DNA from: Spirochaetales bacterium
Lineage (GTDB): Bacteria > Spirochaetota > Spirochaetia > Treponematales > UBA12059
DNA length: 32,202 nucleotides
Direction of reading: 5' to 3'
NCBI GenBank assembly: GCA_016928955.1
Contig: JAFGJV010000046.1
Span: 1-32,202 of the forward strand
Positions 10,001-18,761 of this stretch are shown here, one piece after another (positions within the stretch are counted from its first letter, which is position 1; each line of letters opens with the position of its first letter). The notes under the pieces were generated by a model. The model worked only from the letters and a program-made list of their open reading frames with translations, did not search any database and was not told the DNA's origin. Position numbers and translations under genes: made by a program.

Positions 10001-10366
10001 GTGAGCTTTTCCGCCACGTCCCGCAACTCCTCGCTTTGGCGCTATTATCCCGGCGTTTTTGACCTGAATTTCCCCGTGGAACCGGTCAACCCGCTCGAGG
10101 ATATACTCAAATCCTTCAGTTTCTGGAGCGACGCGGACAGGCAGGAAGCCCTGTTCAAGCTGAAATCCCTGTCCCTGCGGGTGGTCCACAACCTGCACGA
10201 CTGGGACCTGAGCGCCGAGCTGTCCGTACAGCCCGTTCTGGTGAGCGCCACGGCCAGCTACGAATTCCTGCCAACGTTTTCCATGCTGATCGCGTGGAAA
10301 CCCGTGCCGGAGATACAGAGCTCGTACAAGTACGACGGTGCCACGGACACGGAAACCTGGGATTAA
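7058..10366 (+). CDS. lptD: LptD-like outer-membrane beta-barrel assembly protein (spirochaete type)
   Basis: Signal peptide MKRAALAAAVFILMAGAFVHS-Q; OstA-like region (LSADRI, ARGNV); ISSCNDEHPHYSIRASKIW and VPVLYLPFFYYP motifs typical of LptD; long amphipathic beta-strand C-terminal region; position after uvrA. Confidence 0.8.
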   Translation: MKRAALAAAVFILMAGAFVHSQDVPAQPPPEAAPAETGQPDAGDAAAEDLVLKTLPLDIASASYYSLVAWARELGLPETGSADELRGRLYQHYGVNKPESAAAGGRTIVIESADKTSYVSAASGGEALVELTGGVTLVVNDDAEGVTIRLSADRIVLNQDAGILSARGNVMFERERSGGTDYFMGELLDLDLDDQSGLFLDGVSERGSDEERMSFRADDIESKGSNVLVFSDGVISSCNDEHPHYSIRASKIWILGGNEWAIANATLSVGEVPVLYLPFFYYPGEEIVFHPVFGYDPRTGRYIQTTTYLVGDKPAKEESISLFKLTDGGQGYEREVEGVFLRTTQAKKGSSSSDFVKVFADLYTGLGAFAGAEAKYGELGPFRPLSASLGLGFSRTLFPLAGGTYTPFVSDFDYESVWNSPSVLGADLPLRFGLELTARTTLGPVGLSFSLPFYTDPYFDVDFKARSEDMDWLDFLGSDDGSEAAPARRGSFVDRLDIQLSVPAASLPSWLSTVSLQRLSSSLNWLSKTKSPLPALEAYDPEREFFYPDQFTYVDTGIQLGGTVFSYPRAESRQGGRDDTGLGDALAPEPVQPWVLDAAETPEKLPATEGPGLPGFTPPGLAMVDGARDPQAFTSSLTWSLGPQAKWDRRFKSSDWLLPEDVDLAPLYELVTARVSGALNLSADVYGGLAGGKLSLSGSSSFQERPVADTADATLLDAWAVQDAQARADKLSGSLSLRASPFISSWLWSATSLRYALDGVLYEYAYTGMNAGEPEYETRLASWSPDSIKAHNLGFTLGIKPLGLAQTLTLSANLPPLAETYSGALALNAGFGSLSVATSYARPTTAASFAWKPLTARLTLGMAPRPVLSGNLTWDLEQGWPSSLGAKFSWDSFNTDLVFKRAIAYEFVPLDGWVAVGAEDFRPSELSMSYSKTWNPDPVWKNRVALSLSLSASARQSFLRFSDSSMNVSATLTFKIHEFLDVSFSATSRNSSLWRYYPGVFDLNFPVEPVNPLEDILKSFSFWSDADRQEALFKLKSLSLRVVHNLHDWDLSAELSVQPVLVSATASYEFLPTFSMLIAWKPVPEIQSSYKYDGATDTETWD

Positions 10367-10397
10367 TGGATCACTCAACCGCCCCTGGGAGCCTTTC

Positions 10398-10426
10398 TTG
10401 ATTTTTTTCGCGTCTGGGGGTAGGAT
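10398..10426 (+). promoter_or_regulatory. Putative promoter of the phoH operon
   Basis: TTGATT (10398-10403), 17 bp, TAGGAT (10421-10426). Confidence 0.55.
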
Positions 10427-10438
10427 TTTGACGATGAG

Positions 10439-11428
10439 GTGCCCTTGTCAGAACCCACCGGCATAGCGCTCGAGGATACGCGGCTTCTGGCCGACGTATG
10501 CGGCGTTAACGACTATAACCTGCGCATTTTTGAACGCCTCCTTGGTTGCCGGGTGCGTACCCGAGGCAACGAGATCGTCCTGGACACGGACGACGCGGAC
10601 ACGGCCTGCCTGTTCGAGCGCATGATGGGCCAGCTCGTGGAGGCGCTCGGCGAGGGGATGCCGGCGTCGCCTGACCTTATCACCGCCATACACGCAAGCC
10701 TGACGCCGGAAGGCGACCAGCGGCGGAATGACGGGCGGCCGCGCCAGTCGTGCACCGATTTGTTCAAGGAAGTGGCCATACAGGTCCCCGGGGCTTTTGG
10801 CAAGGTGTACCCGCGCACGGAGGGCCAGGCCTTGCTCCTGCGTGGCTTTTCCACGCATGACATCAGCTTTGCCGTGGGTCCCGCCGGCACGGGCAAGACC
10901 TTCCTCGCGGTCGCCTGGGCGCTCAAAGAGGTGCTCGGAAAGGCCCGCCGCAAGCTGGTGCTGACGCGGCCGGTGGTGGAGGCGGGGGAAAGCCTGGGCT
11001 TTCTGCCAGGCGACCTTGCCCAGAAAATCAGTCCCTATCTCCGTCCTCTCTACGACGCCATGGAGGCCCTGGTGCCCTTTGAGGTGGTGAGGCGGATGGA
11101 GGACAACCATGCCATAGAGATAGCCCCGCTCGCGTACATGCGCGGCCGGAGCCTCAACCATTCAGTCGTGATCCTGGACGAAGCCCAGAACGCCACGCGC
11201 GAGCAGATGAAAATGTTCCTCACGCGGCTCGGCGAAGGCTCGGCGGCCATCATCACCGGCGACCTAACCCAGATCGACCTGCCTCGCAAGTCGGATTCTG
11301 GTTTGGTGCACGCCCTCTCGGTGCTGGACGGCATAGACGACATCTTCGTCTGCCGGCTGGACGGCCGGGACGTGGTGCGCAATCCCCTGGTCAGGAAGAT
11401 AATAGAAGCCTATGAATCAGAACGATAG
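10439..11428 (+). CDS. phoH: PhoH-family ATPase (YbeZ-like)
   Basis: GPAGTGKT, TRPVVEAGESLGFLPGDL, APLAYMRGRSL, ILDEAQN, TGDLTQIDLP; start GTG 10439 or TTG 10445. Confidence 0.95.
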   Translation: MPLSEPTGIALEDTRLLADVCGVNDYNLRIFERLLGCRVRTRGNEIVLDTDDADTACLFERMMGQLVEALGEGMPASPDLITAIHASLTPEGDQRRNDGRPRQSCTDLFKEVAIQVPGAFGKVYPRTEGQALLLRGFSTHDISFAVGPAGTGKTFLAVAWALKEVLGKARRKLVLTRPVVEAGESLGFLPGDLAQKISPYLRPLYDAMEALVPFEVVRRMEDNHAIEIAPLAYMRGRSLNHSVVILDEAQNATREQMKMFLTRLGEGSAAIITGDLTQIDLPRKSDSGLVHALSVLDGIDDIFVCRLDGRDVVRNPLVRKIIEAYESER

Positions 11429-13619
11429 CCAACCGGGCGCCTTTGGCTCCCTGCGCTCCCTGCTCTCGGACCGCAATTCGGACAGCAGGTTCCAGGCGGC
11501 GCTCATGGGCGGCTTGTTCCTTTTATGCGCGTTGGCCTTTACCCTTTCAGGCCCGGCCGGGCGCTCGGCCAGGCTGGAGGGCTTCGAGGTCGGCAAGGTG
11601 GCCGACAGGGACGTGACCGCTGAGATGGACGTGGTGTACAGCGACGCCCAGGCCACGGCCGCCCGCATCGAGGAGGAACAGCGCAAGGTGGCGGCCGTGT
11701 TCGTGCTAGACGAGACGGTGACGGAAGGCGCGCTTTCCGATTTCGAGCGTTTCAGGACCTTTTTCCTGGAACAACCCGAGGACCTGCCCGGCGACGAGCT
11801 GGCCAAGCGCATGGAAACAGCCTATCCGCTCCTTGCCAAGACAGGCCTCCCGGCCAAGCTGATGGCGTACCCGGCCCCGGAGAGCGCTTTTTCCCAGGCG
11901 TCTGCCCTGCTCCAGGCCGTCCTGGCGACCGGCGTGGTGGCCATACCCGAAAAGGGGCTGGATTCGTACAAGCCCGACGCGGTGGAACTCAGGCGCTGGG
12001 ACAACGGTCCGCTTGTGTTCGAGGAAGTGCCTCTGGAGCGGCTCGTGACAGCGCGCAACGTGGATGGGGCGCTCCAAAAGCTGGCCGCGGGCAGAAAGCT
12101 GTCCGGCGACCTGGCGGACGTGGCCGTGGGCCTGGCGTCGGCCTTTGCCCTTGAGAACGCTTTTTTTGACGACGCCATGAGCCAGCGCAGGCTCGAGGCC
12201 GCGGCCGCGTCAGTGGAACCCGTCCTCAGGCGCATAGCCAAGGGCGAGCGCGTCATACGGGAAGGCTTCATCGTAACCAGCGAGGACATGGAGCGGCTCG
12301 CGGCCCTCAGGCGAACGGACATACGGTTCAACGTGCTGGGCATGTTCGGCGGACTTCTGTATCTGGGCGCCCTCCTTCTGGGCACCTGGCAGCTTCTTTC
12401 CCGCGAGCGCCCGCGCAGAGGTTTTGGCCGGGCGGCCATGGCTTTGGTATCGGGACTCTTTGTTCTGTATTTCTGCATAGCGGCCGTGCTGTACGCCATA
12501 CTGGACCCGTCCATGGCTGGCATACTGGCGGTGGCCATGCCCACGGCGCTTCTGTCCATACTCATGGCCATCCTGTTCTCCGAGCGCTTTGCCGCAACCT
12601 ATACGGTGGCCCTGGCCCTGGGCGTGTTCCTGGCCGGCGGCCTTTCCGGCGAGGCATTGGGCCTGGCCCTGAGTTCCGGCCTTGCCGGCATACTCCTGGT
12701 GCGCAAGGCCGAAAAACGCATCGACCTGGTGCGCGCTGGAGCACAGCTGGCGGTGGTCCAGTTCCTCATAGGACTGGCCCTGGCCGCTGTGGGCGGCAAG
12801 GCGTTCCTCGACGCCGTGGGCCTGGCGTCGTGGGCGGCTGTCAACGGCTTTTTCTGCTCCGTGCTTGCGCTGGGCTTCCTGCCGCTGATAGAGCAGGCGC
12901 TGAACGCGGCCACCGTGTTCCGCCTCCAGGAGCTGTCCGACCTGAACGCCCCCGCCCTGAAGCGCCTTCTGTCCGTGGCCCCGGGAACCTACAGCCACTC
13001 AATCACGGTGGCGCACCTGGCCGAGTCGGCATGCAGGGAAATAGGCGCGGACGCCCTCCTGGCCCGGGTAGGCGCCTACTACCACGACATAGGCAAGACC
13101 GAACAGCCGGAGTACTTCATAGAGAACCAGTCCGGCTACAACAAGCACGACGACATAAACCCGCGCCTGTCGGCCACGGTGCTCCGCAGCCACGTCAAGT
13201 TCGGGCTCGAGCGGGCCCAGGCGCTCGGCCTGCCAGGGCCCGTGCGCGAGATCATCGGGGAGCACCACGGCACGTCGCTGATATCCTATTTTTACAGCCA
13301 GGCGCAGAAGGAAAGCCCCGACGTCCCGAGCGAGGATTTCAGCTATCCCGGCCCGCTGCCGTCCAGCAAGGAAGCCGCCGTGGTGATGCTTGCCGACTGC
13401 GTGGAAGCCGCGTCGCGCACGCTCAAAAAGCCGTCCATGGCCAGGCTCGAGCAGTTCGTGCGGGAAATGGTGATGGACAAATTCGACCACGGCCAGCTTG
13501 CCCAGTCCGAGCTGACCTTCAGGGACCTGGAGAAGATCCGGAACACCTTCATACGCATCCTGGCAGGGCATTTCCATTCCCGCATAGAATATCCCAAGGC
13601 CCGGGAGGCCCAGCGGTGA
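11412..13619 (+). CDS. 7TM-HDIG membrane phosphohydrolase (PgpH/YqfF-like, possible cyclic di-AMP phosphodiesterase)
   Basis: N-terminal TM, large extracytoplasmic domain, multi-TM block, then APGTYSHS, YYHDIGK, YFIENQ, EHHGT, MLADCVEAASR, HSRIEYP. Confidence 0.9.
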   Translation: MNQNDSQPGAFGSLRSLLSDRNSDSRFQAALMGGLFLLCALAFTLSGPAGRSARLEGFEVGKVADRDVTAEMDVVYSDAQATAARIEEEQRKVAAVFVLDETVTEGALSDFERFRTFFLEQPEDLPGDELAKRMETAYPLLAKTGLPAKLMAYPAPESAFSQASALLQAVLATGVVAIPEKGLDSYKPDAVELRRWDNGPLVFEEVPLERLVTARNVDGALQKLAAGRKLSGDLADVAVGLASAFALENAFFDDAMSQRRLEAAAASVEPVLRRIAKGERVIREGFIVTSEDMERLAALRRTDIRFNVLGMFGGLLYLGALLLGTWQLLSRERPRRGFGRAAMALVSGLFVLYFCIAAVLYAILDPSMAGILAVAMPTALLSILMAILFSERFAATYTVALALGVFLAGGLSGEALGLALSSGLAGILLVRKAEKRIDLVRAGAQLAVVQFLIGLALAAVGGKAFLDAVGLASWAAVNGFFCSVLALGFLPLIEQALNAATVFRLQELSDLNAPALKRLLSVAPGTYSHSITVAHLAESACREIGADALLARVGAYYHDIGKTEQPEYFIENQSGYNKHDDINPRLSATVLRSHVKFGLERAQALGLPGPVREIIGEHHGTSLISYFYSQAQKESPDVPSEDFSYPGPLPSSKEAAVVMLADCVEAASRTLKKPSMARLEQFVREMVMDKFDHGQLAQSELTFRDLEKIRNTFIRILAGHFHSRIEYPKAREAQR

Positions 13620-14068
13620 ACGCGGCGAGCGCAGACGCCAGGGACCTTCAGCCCCCAGCCTGGCTGGACAGGGCTGAAGCCTTTGCCGTCAAGGCCATGG
13701 ATGCCGCCGGGCTTGAGGACTGGGACCTGTCCCTGGTGGTGTGCGGCGACGTGCTCATGGCGTCGCTCAACCGGGAGTACCGCGGCAAGGACGGGCCCAC
13801 CGATGTCCTGTCGTTCGAGCAGGGGCAGTGGTATGAAACCGAAGAAGGGCGTCGCTTTCTAGCCGGTGACGTGGTAGTATGCGTTGACGCCCTGTACAGG
13901 AACGCGGACGAGTTCAGCGTCCCCCCGGACGAGGAACTCAAGCGGCTGATCGTGCACGGCATTTTGCACCTGTCGGGCATGGACCACCAGGGACTGGCCC
14001 CGGATGAGCCCATGCTGGCCAGGCAGGAAGACATATTGAGGCAGCTTTCGGAGGAAACGATACTTTGA
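13616..14068 (+). CDS. ybeY: rRNA maturation endoribonuclease YbeY
   Basis: GTGA overlap with upstream stop; LNREYRGKDGPTDVLSF and HGILHLSGMDH zinc motif. Confidence 0.95.
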   Translation: MNAASADARDLQPPAWLDRAEAFAVKAMDAAGLEDWDLSLVVCGDVLMASLNREYRGKDGPTDVLSFEQGQWYETEEGRRFLAGDVVVCVDALYRNADEFSVPPDEELKRLIVHGILHLSGMDHQGLAPDEPMLARQEDILRQLSEETIL

Positions 14069-14856
14069 AACCAAAAGGCTTGTTCGCGCGTTTGTTTCAT
14101 GTCCGGCGTACCGAGGGCGACGACGAGGACGCGGACGAAATTTCGTCAGAACGTAGGGAGATGATACGGGGCGTCCAGGAACTGTCCGAGACCACGGTCA
14201 AGGAAGTGATGGTGCCGAGGATAGACACGGTCTTCCTGCCCATAGACGCCGAGCGTGACGAGATACTCGAGACCGTGGTGTCCTGCGGCCATTCGCGCAT
14301 ACCCGTGTACCGCGACACCATAGACGACGTGGCGGGCGTCTTGTACGTCAAGGACCTCCTGCACGCCGTGCTCAAGGGCGAGCGCCTGGATCTGGCGACC
14401 ATCGTGCGCAAGCCGTTTTTTGTCCCCGATTCCAAGCGCATAGACTCCCTCCTGCGGGAGTTCAAGCGCCGCCACGTGCACATAGCCATAGCCATAGACG
14501 AGTACGGCGGGGTGTCGGGCATCGTGTGCATGGAGGACATCATCGAGGAGATCGTGGGCGAGATCCAGGACGAGTTCGACAACGAGCGCGACGACGTGGT
14601 TCCGCTCGGCGAAGCGTCGTGGCTGGTGGACGCCCGCGTCAACATAGAGGACCTGAACGACGAGCTGGACATAGGGCTGCCGGCCGAGGAATTCGACACG
14701 CTCGGAGGCTTTGTGTTCGACCTGTTCGGCAAGATACCGGCCCGGTACGAGAAGGTGGCATGGCGCGACTACGACTTTGTCATCCAGGAAATGGACGGCC
14801 ACAGCATAAGCGCCATAAAGGTGCTCAGGCGGCAGGACGCGCCGGACGAATCGTGA
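14065..14856 (+). CDS. corC: CorC/HlyC (TlyC)-family CBS-domain protein without TM domain
   Basis: VKEVMVPR, HSRIPVY, GVLYVKDLL, DEYGGVSGIVCMEDIIEEIVGEIQDEFD, FDTLGGF; TTGA overlap with ybeY. Confidence 0.9.
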   Translation: MKPKGLFARLFHVRRTEGDDEDADEISSERREMIRGVQELSETTVKEVMVPRIDTVFLPIDAERDEILETVVSCGHSRIPVYRDTIDDVAGVLYVKDLLHAVLKGERLDLATIVRKPFFVPDSKRIDSLLREFKRRHVHIAIAIDEYGGVSGIVCMEDIIEEIVGEIQDEFDNERDDVVPLGEASWLVDARVNIEDLNDELDIGLPAEEFDTLGGFVFDLFGKIPARYEKVAWRDYDFVIQEMDGHSISAIKVLRRQDAPDES

Positions 14857-16853
14857 ACCGCGCGGCGGCGGCGCTTCTGGTCGCCCTCTTGGCTGTGTCG
14901 GGCGCCGCGGCTCAAGGCTCCCAGGCCGATGCCACGGCCTTGTACCGCTCTGGCCGCGAGCTTCTGGCCCGCGGCGACCTGTTCCGCGCCATAGAGACCC
15001 TGATGGCCGCCACCGACGCCAATCCCGCCTACGCAGACGCGTGGGTGGCCCTGGCCGAATGCCAGTACGAACTCGGCGAGTACGGCAGGGCCCTGAATTA
15101 CCTTGCCGAGGCCCAGAAGTACGGCCCCCGGGCGCCTTCGTCCAAGAACCTTGAAGCGTTTTCCCTCATAGGCCTTGGCCGCGTGGATGAGGCCGCTCCT
15201 CTGTTTGAGTCCGTGCTTCAGTCCCTGCCCAATGACCGGGACGCCCGTTTTGGCCTGGCCTTGCTGGACGTGCGGTCGGGCCGCACGGCTGACGCCCGCG
15301 CCCGCCTGTCAGCCAGCCTGAAGGCGGCCCCGAGGGACAGCCGGGCGCTTTTGTCGCTCGCGCTCATCACCCGGGCCGAGGGCCTTGCTGAGCAGTCGGC
15401 CTTGTATCTGGCCGAGGCCCTGCGCTGGGCGTCGGGCGACGCCGACGTCTGCCACGCCGCGGCCGTTCTGGCCCTGGAAAACGGCCAGCGTGCCGAGGCG
15501 GCCCGTCTTGCGCGGTCGGCTTTGGACCTTAAGCCCGGACACGCCGACGCTCGCTCCCTGCTTGCGTCCGTATACTTTGAGGACGGCCGCCTGGACGAGG
15601 CCCGAGCCCTGCTCAGGGCGTCTCTGGCCGCCAACCGGGATGACACGCGTGCCTGGTACATCCTGGGCCTGGTGGAGAACGCAGCCGGCAATTACCCCGA
15701 GGCCGAATACGCCTTGGGAACCCTCTGCGACCTGCGCCCGGACGACGAGATAGCCCGCCTGGCGCTGGAGCAACTGGTGATGGACGGGACCGGCTTTGAG
15801 GATCCCACAAGGGCAGGCTACGCGGCCTGGCGTTTCGACCGGGCGGCTGAATTCGCGCGGGCGTATCGCTATGACCGCGCCCTTGAGGAGTACAGGCGCG
15901 GCCTGGCCCTGGATCCCTACGCGAACCAGGGCCGGAGAAAATACGCCGACTTGCTCAGGCTGTCCGGCCTGCCGTCCACCTACCTGTCCGAGCTGTCGTT
16001 CCTCCATGACCTGGGCAAGGCAGACCAGGCGCTTATGGATGCCCTGGAGATATATCAGAGTTTCCTGGAAGGTAGCGTGGCCAGCGAATGGAACGCCGAC
16101 ACCCTGGCCCTCTACCGCAAGCCATATGCCCTGGACGTGTACGCCGTAGGGCCGGGTGGGGCTCCCTGGCACACGGGTAGCGACCTGGTCATCGCCCGGT
16201 ACGCGCGGGACCGCCTGGTGTCGTCGGCGCAGATAGCTCCGCGTCCGGCCGTGTCCAGGGTGGATTCCTTCGCGGACGCGTACAGCTTGTCCCGGGCGTC
16301 CGGGTCGGACTATTTCCTGATCGTGCGGAGCGCGGAGACAGAACGGGACATCCTGGTATACGCGGAGCTCCGCGCGTCAAAAAGCGGCTCGCTTGTGGCC
16401 AGGGTGGACGCCCCGCGCTCGGGCAACGACCGGGTGGCCCTGGCCGTTGAGCGGGTAGTCGCAGAAGTCGGCAAGGCTTTGGCCTTGCGGGGCGTTATCC
16501 TGGACCGTTCCGGAGACCGGGCCTTGGCCGATTTTGGCCGTGCGGACGGAGTGCAAAAGGGCGACCGTTTCCTTGTCATACGGGCCGGCGCCGTCAGTGC
16601 ACGCGCGGACGGCGCGGGACTCTCATGGTCAGACGCAGACATCGTGGCCAAATTCGAGGTGACGCGGGTGGATGACGACGCCTGCGAGGGCAAACTCGAG
16701 CGGGTAGGCTTCTTTGACAAAGCCAATCCCCGGGACGTGCTCGTGCGGGAGCTTGAGGAGGCTGAGGGCGCTCAGGAAGAAGCCCCGGTGTCCCCCGCGC
16801 CGGACGCGGCTCTGTGGACGACGCTGTTCGACAGGGTGCGTAGGCTTTTTTAA
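14853..16853 (+). CDS. Exported tetratricopeptide-repeat protein with alpha/beta C-terminal domains
   Basis: GTGA overlap; signal peptide ending SGAAA-Q; many TPR units (e.g. NPAYADAWVALAECQYELGEYGRALNYLAEA); C-terminal ADFGRADGVQKGDRFLV resembles a FlgT_C-type motif. Confidence 0.85.
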   Translation: MNRAAAALLVALLAVSGAAAQGSQADATALYRSGRELLARGDLFRAIETLMAATDANPAYADAWVALAECQYELGEYGRALNYLAEAQKYGPRAPSSKNLEAFSLIGLGRVDEAAPLFESVLQSLPNDRDARFGLALLDVRSGRTADARARLSASLKAAPRDSRALLSLALITRAEGLAEQSALYLAEALRWASGDADVCHAAAVLALENGQRAEAARLARSALDLKPGHADARSLLASVYFEDGRLDEARALLRASLAANRDDTRAWYILGLVENAAGNYPEAEYALGTLCDLRPDDEIARLALEQLVMDGTGFEDPTRAGYAAWRFDRAAEFARAYRYDRALEEYRRGLALDPYANQGRRKYADLLRLSGLPSTYLSELSFLHDLGKADQALMDALEIYQSFLEGSVASEWNADTLALYRKPYALDVYAVGPGGAPWHTGSDLVIARYARDRLVSSAQIAPRPAVSRVDSFADAYSLSRASGSDYFLIVRSAETERDILVYAELRASKSGSLVARVDAPRSGNDRVALAVERVVAEVGKALALRGVILDRSGDRALADFGRADGVQKGDRFLVIRAGAVSARADGAGLSWSDADIVAKFEVTRVDDDACEGKLERVGFFDKANPRDVLVRELEEAEGAQEEAPVSPAPDAALWTTLFDRVRRLF

Positions 16854-16876
16854 CCACTCATCCTCTAGATATGCGG

Positions 16877-16905
16877 AAACCGGCCATGAAGGCCGGTTTT
16901 TTTTT
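16877..16905 (+). terminator. Rho-independent terminator of the phoH operon
   Basis: AAACCGGCC-ATGAA-GGCCGGTTT followed by T run. Confidence 0.9.
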
Positions 16906-17039
16906 ATCCGGCCGGCCAGATAGCCGTTCCTTGCTGCCTCAAAGTTTTTTCGGTCGGCTAGGGCCTGGCCCATGCGGTAGCTGGCAGAAGTACATCAAAG
17001 CTTCGTTACACGTGGCGCCAGGCCCGAGGGTATCGTCTG

Positions 17040-17122
17040 TTTTCGAAATAATTTCAAAAATTGAAAAATACGTTCAAATATCGAAAAGATGGCTTGCCTT
17101 GATACGCTGAAACGTGTAGAAT
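17040..17122 (+). promoter_or_regulatory. gdhA promoter with AT-rich upstream element
   Basis: TTGCCT (17094-17099), 17 bp, TAGAAT (17117-17122); upstream 17040-17087 has phased TT(C/G)RAA-like units bounded by TTTTCGA...TCGAAAA. Confidence 0.65.
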
Positions 17123-17193
17123 CACCGACGGACGGTAGCTTTGGCCCGTCCAATCGCAATCACGCTCATGTTCACATATCAAGGAGGGCATGA

Positions 17194-18540
17194 ATGAACG
17201 CGTATATCCGCGAGGTCCTGGACGGACTGAAGGCTCGCGCTCCCTGGGAGACGGAATTCCTCCAGGCCGCCGAGGAAGTGCTTGAATCCATCGCTCCGCT
17301 CATCGAGAAGGAACCCAAGTACAAGGCCCAGCGCATCCTGGAGCGCATCGTAGAGCCCGAGCGCACGGTCATGTTCAAGGTCCCCTGGATGGACGACAAG
17401 GGCGACTACCACGTCAACCGCGGCTATCGCGTCCAGTTCAACAGCGCCATCGGTCCCTACAAGGGCGGCATACGCTTCCACCCCAAGGTGACCCTGTCTA
17501 CCCTCAAGTTCCTGGGCTTCGAGCAGACCTTCAAGAACAGCCTCACGAGCCTCCCCATGGGCGGCGGCAAGGGCGGTTCCGACTTTGATCCCAACGGCAA
17601 GAGCGACAACGAGATCATGCGCTTCTGCCAGAGCTTCATGACCGAGCTGTTCCGCCATATCGGCCCGGACACGGACGTGCCCGCCGGCGACATCGGCGTG
17701 GGCGGCCGCGAGGTCGGCTTCATGTTCGGCCAGTACAAGCGCCTGGCCAACGAGTTCACGGGAACCTTGACCGGCAAGGGCCTGTCCTTCGGCGGCTCCT
17801 TGATCCGCCCCGAGGCCACCGGTTTTGGCGCCGTGTACTTTGCCGAGGAAATGTTCAAGCTCAAGGGCGAGACCCTCAAGGGCAAGACCGTGTCCGTATC
17901 CGGCTTTGGCAACGTGGCCTGGGGCGCCTGCATCAAGGCCTCCGAGCTCGGCGCCAAGGTCGTGACCATATCCGGACCAGATGGCTACGTGTTCGATCCG
18001 GACGGCATCAGCACCCCCGAGAAGCACAAGTACATGGAAGAGATGCTGGTGATCGACCGCAACAAGGTAGAGAACTACGTCAAGAAGTTCCCCAACGCCA
18101 AGTTCTTTGCCGGCAAGCGCCCCTGGGAGCAGAAGGTAGACATCGCCATGCCCTGCGCCATCCAGAACGAGCTGTCCGGCGACGACGCCCAGGCCTTGGT
18201 CAAGAACGGCGTCCAGGCCGTGGTGGAAGTGTCCAACATGGGCTGTACTCCGGAAGCATGGAAGCTCTTCATAGAGAAGAAGATTCCGTTTGCGCCCGGC
18301 AAGGCGGCCAACGCCGGCGGCGTGGCCACGTCCGGCCTGGAAATGAGCCAGAACTCCATGCGCCTGGCCTGGACCGCCGAGGAAGTGGACAAGCGCCTGC
18401 ACGAGATCATGATCAATATCCACAGGACCTGCGTGGAAACGGCCAAGGCGTACGGCTTTGAGGGCAACTACGTGGTCGGCGGCAACATAGCCGGCTTCAA
18501 GAAGGTTGCCGACGCCATGATAGCCCAGGGCCTGGTGTGA
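17194..18540 (+). CDS. gdhA: Glutamate dehydrogenase (hexameric GdhA type, probably NADP-dependent)
   Basis: AAGGAGG SD; GPYKGGIRFHP, PMGGGKGGSDFDP, DVPAGDIGVG, RPEATGFG, SGFGNVA, KAANAGGVATSGLEMSQN. Confidence 0.97.
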   Translation: MNAYIREVLDGLKARAPWETEFLQAAEEVLESIAPLIEKEPKYKAQRILERIVEPERTVMFKVPWMDDKGDYHVNRGYRVQFNSAIGPYKGGIRFHPKVTLSTLKFLGFEQTFKNSLTSLPMGGGKGGSDFDPNGKSDNEIMRFCQSFMTELFRHIGPDTDVPAGDIGVGGREVGFMFGQYKRLANEFTGTLTGKGLSFGGSLIRPEATGFGAVYFAEEMFKLKGETLKGKTVSVSGFGNVAWGACIKASELGAKVVTISGPDGYVFDPDGISTPEKHKYMEEMLVIDRNKVENYVKKFPNAKFFAGKRPWEQKVDIAMPCAIQNELSGDDAQALVKNGVQAVVEVSNMGCTPEAWKLFIEKKIPFAPGKAANAGGVATSGLEMSQNSMRLAWTAEEVDKRLHEIMINIHRTCVETAKAYGFEGNYVVGGNIAGFKKVADAMIAQGLV

Positions 18541-18587
18541 GTTTCAGCGTTCACGTCTTTTGATGCCCGGCGTCCGAGCCGGGACGG

Positions 18588-18620
18588 AGCCGCCTCCCTG
18601 CCGGGGGGCGGCTTTTTTTT
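18588..18620 (+). terminator. Rho-independent terminator of gdhA
   Basis: AGCCGCCTCCC-TGCC-GGGGGGCGGCT stem followed by T run. Confidence 0.9.
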
Positions 18621-18649
18621 GCCCGGGTACGGCCATCTGGTCCGTTCGC

Positions 18650-18677
18650 TTGTAAAACGGCCAGCGGAGGCTATATT
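18650..18677 (+). promoter_or_regulatory. Putative promoter of the repeat-protein gene
   Basis: TTGTAA (18650-18655), 16 bp, TATATT (18672-18677). Confidence 0.5.
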
Positions 18678-18761
18678 TACATAGTGCTACGAAGCTTTGA
18701 TGAGGCGCCAGGCACCGGTTCCGCTTGAGCGCCATGGATACTCAGTGTCAAGGAGGCACCC

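Noticed and set aside
12830..14852. 412-aa ORF from 12830 and 775-aa ORF from 14526
   Set aside because: Only their 3' parts are real (ybeY from 13616, TPR protein from 14853); upstream parts are alternative frames inside the HD and corC genes.
17179..18423. 414-aa antisense ORF to gdhA, and similar long shadow ORFs (22281-23789, 28638-29996, 6039-6995, 8995-10062)
   Set aside because: Expected by-products of strong GC3 codon bias; no recognisable motifs or SD.
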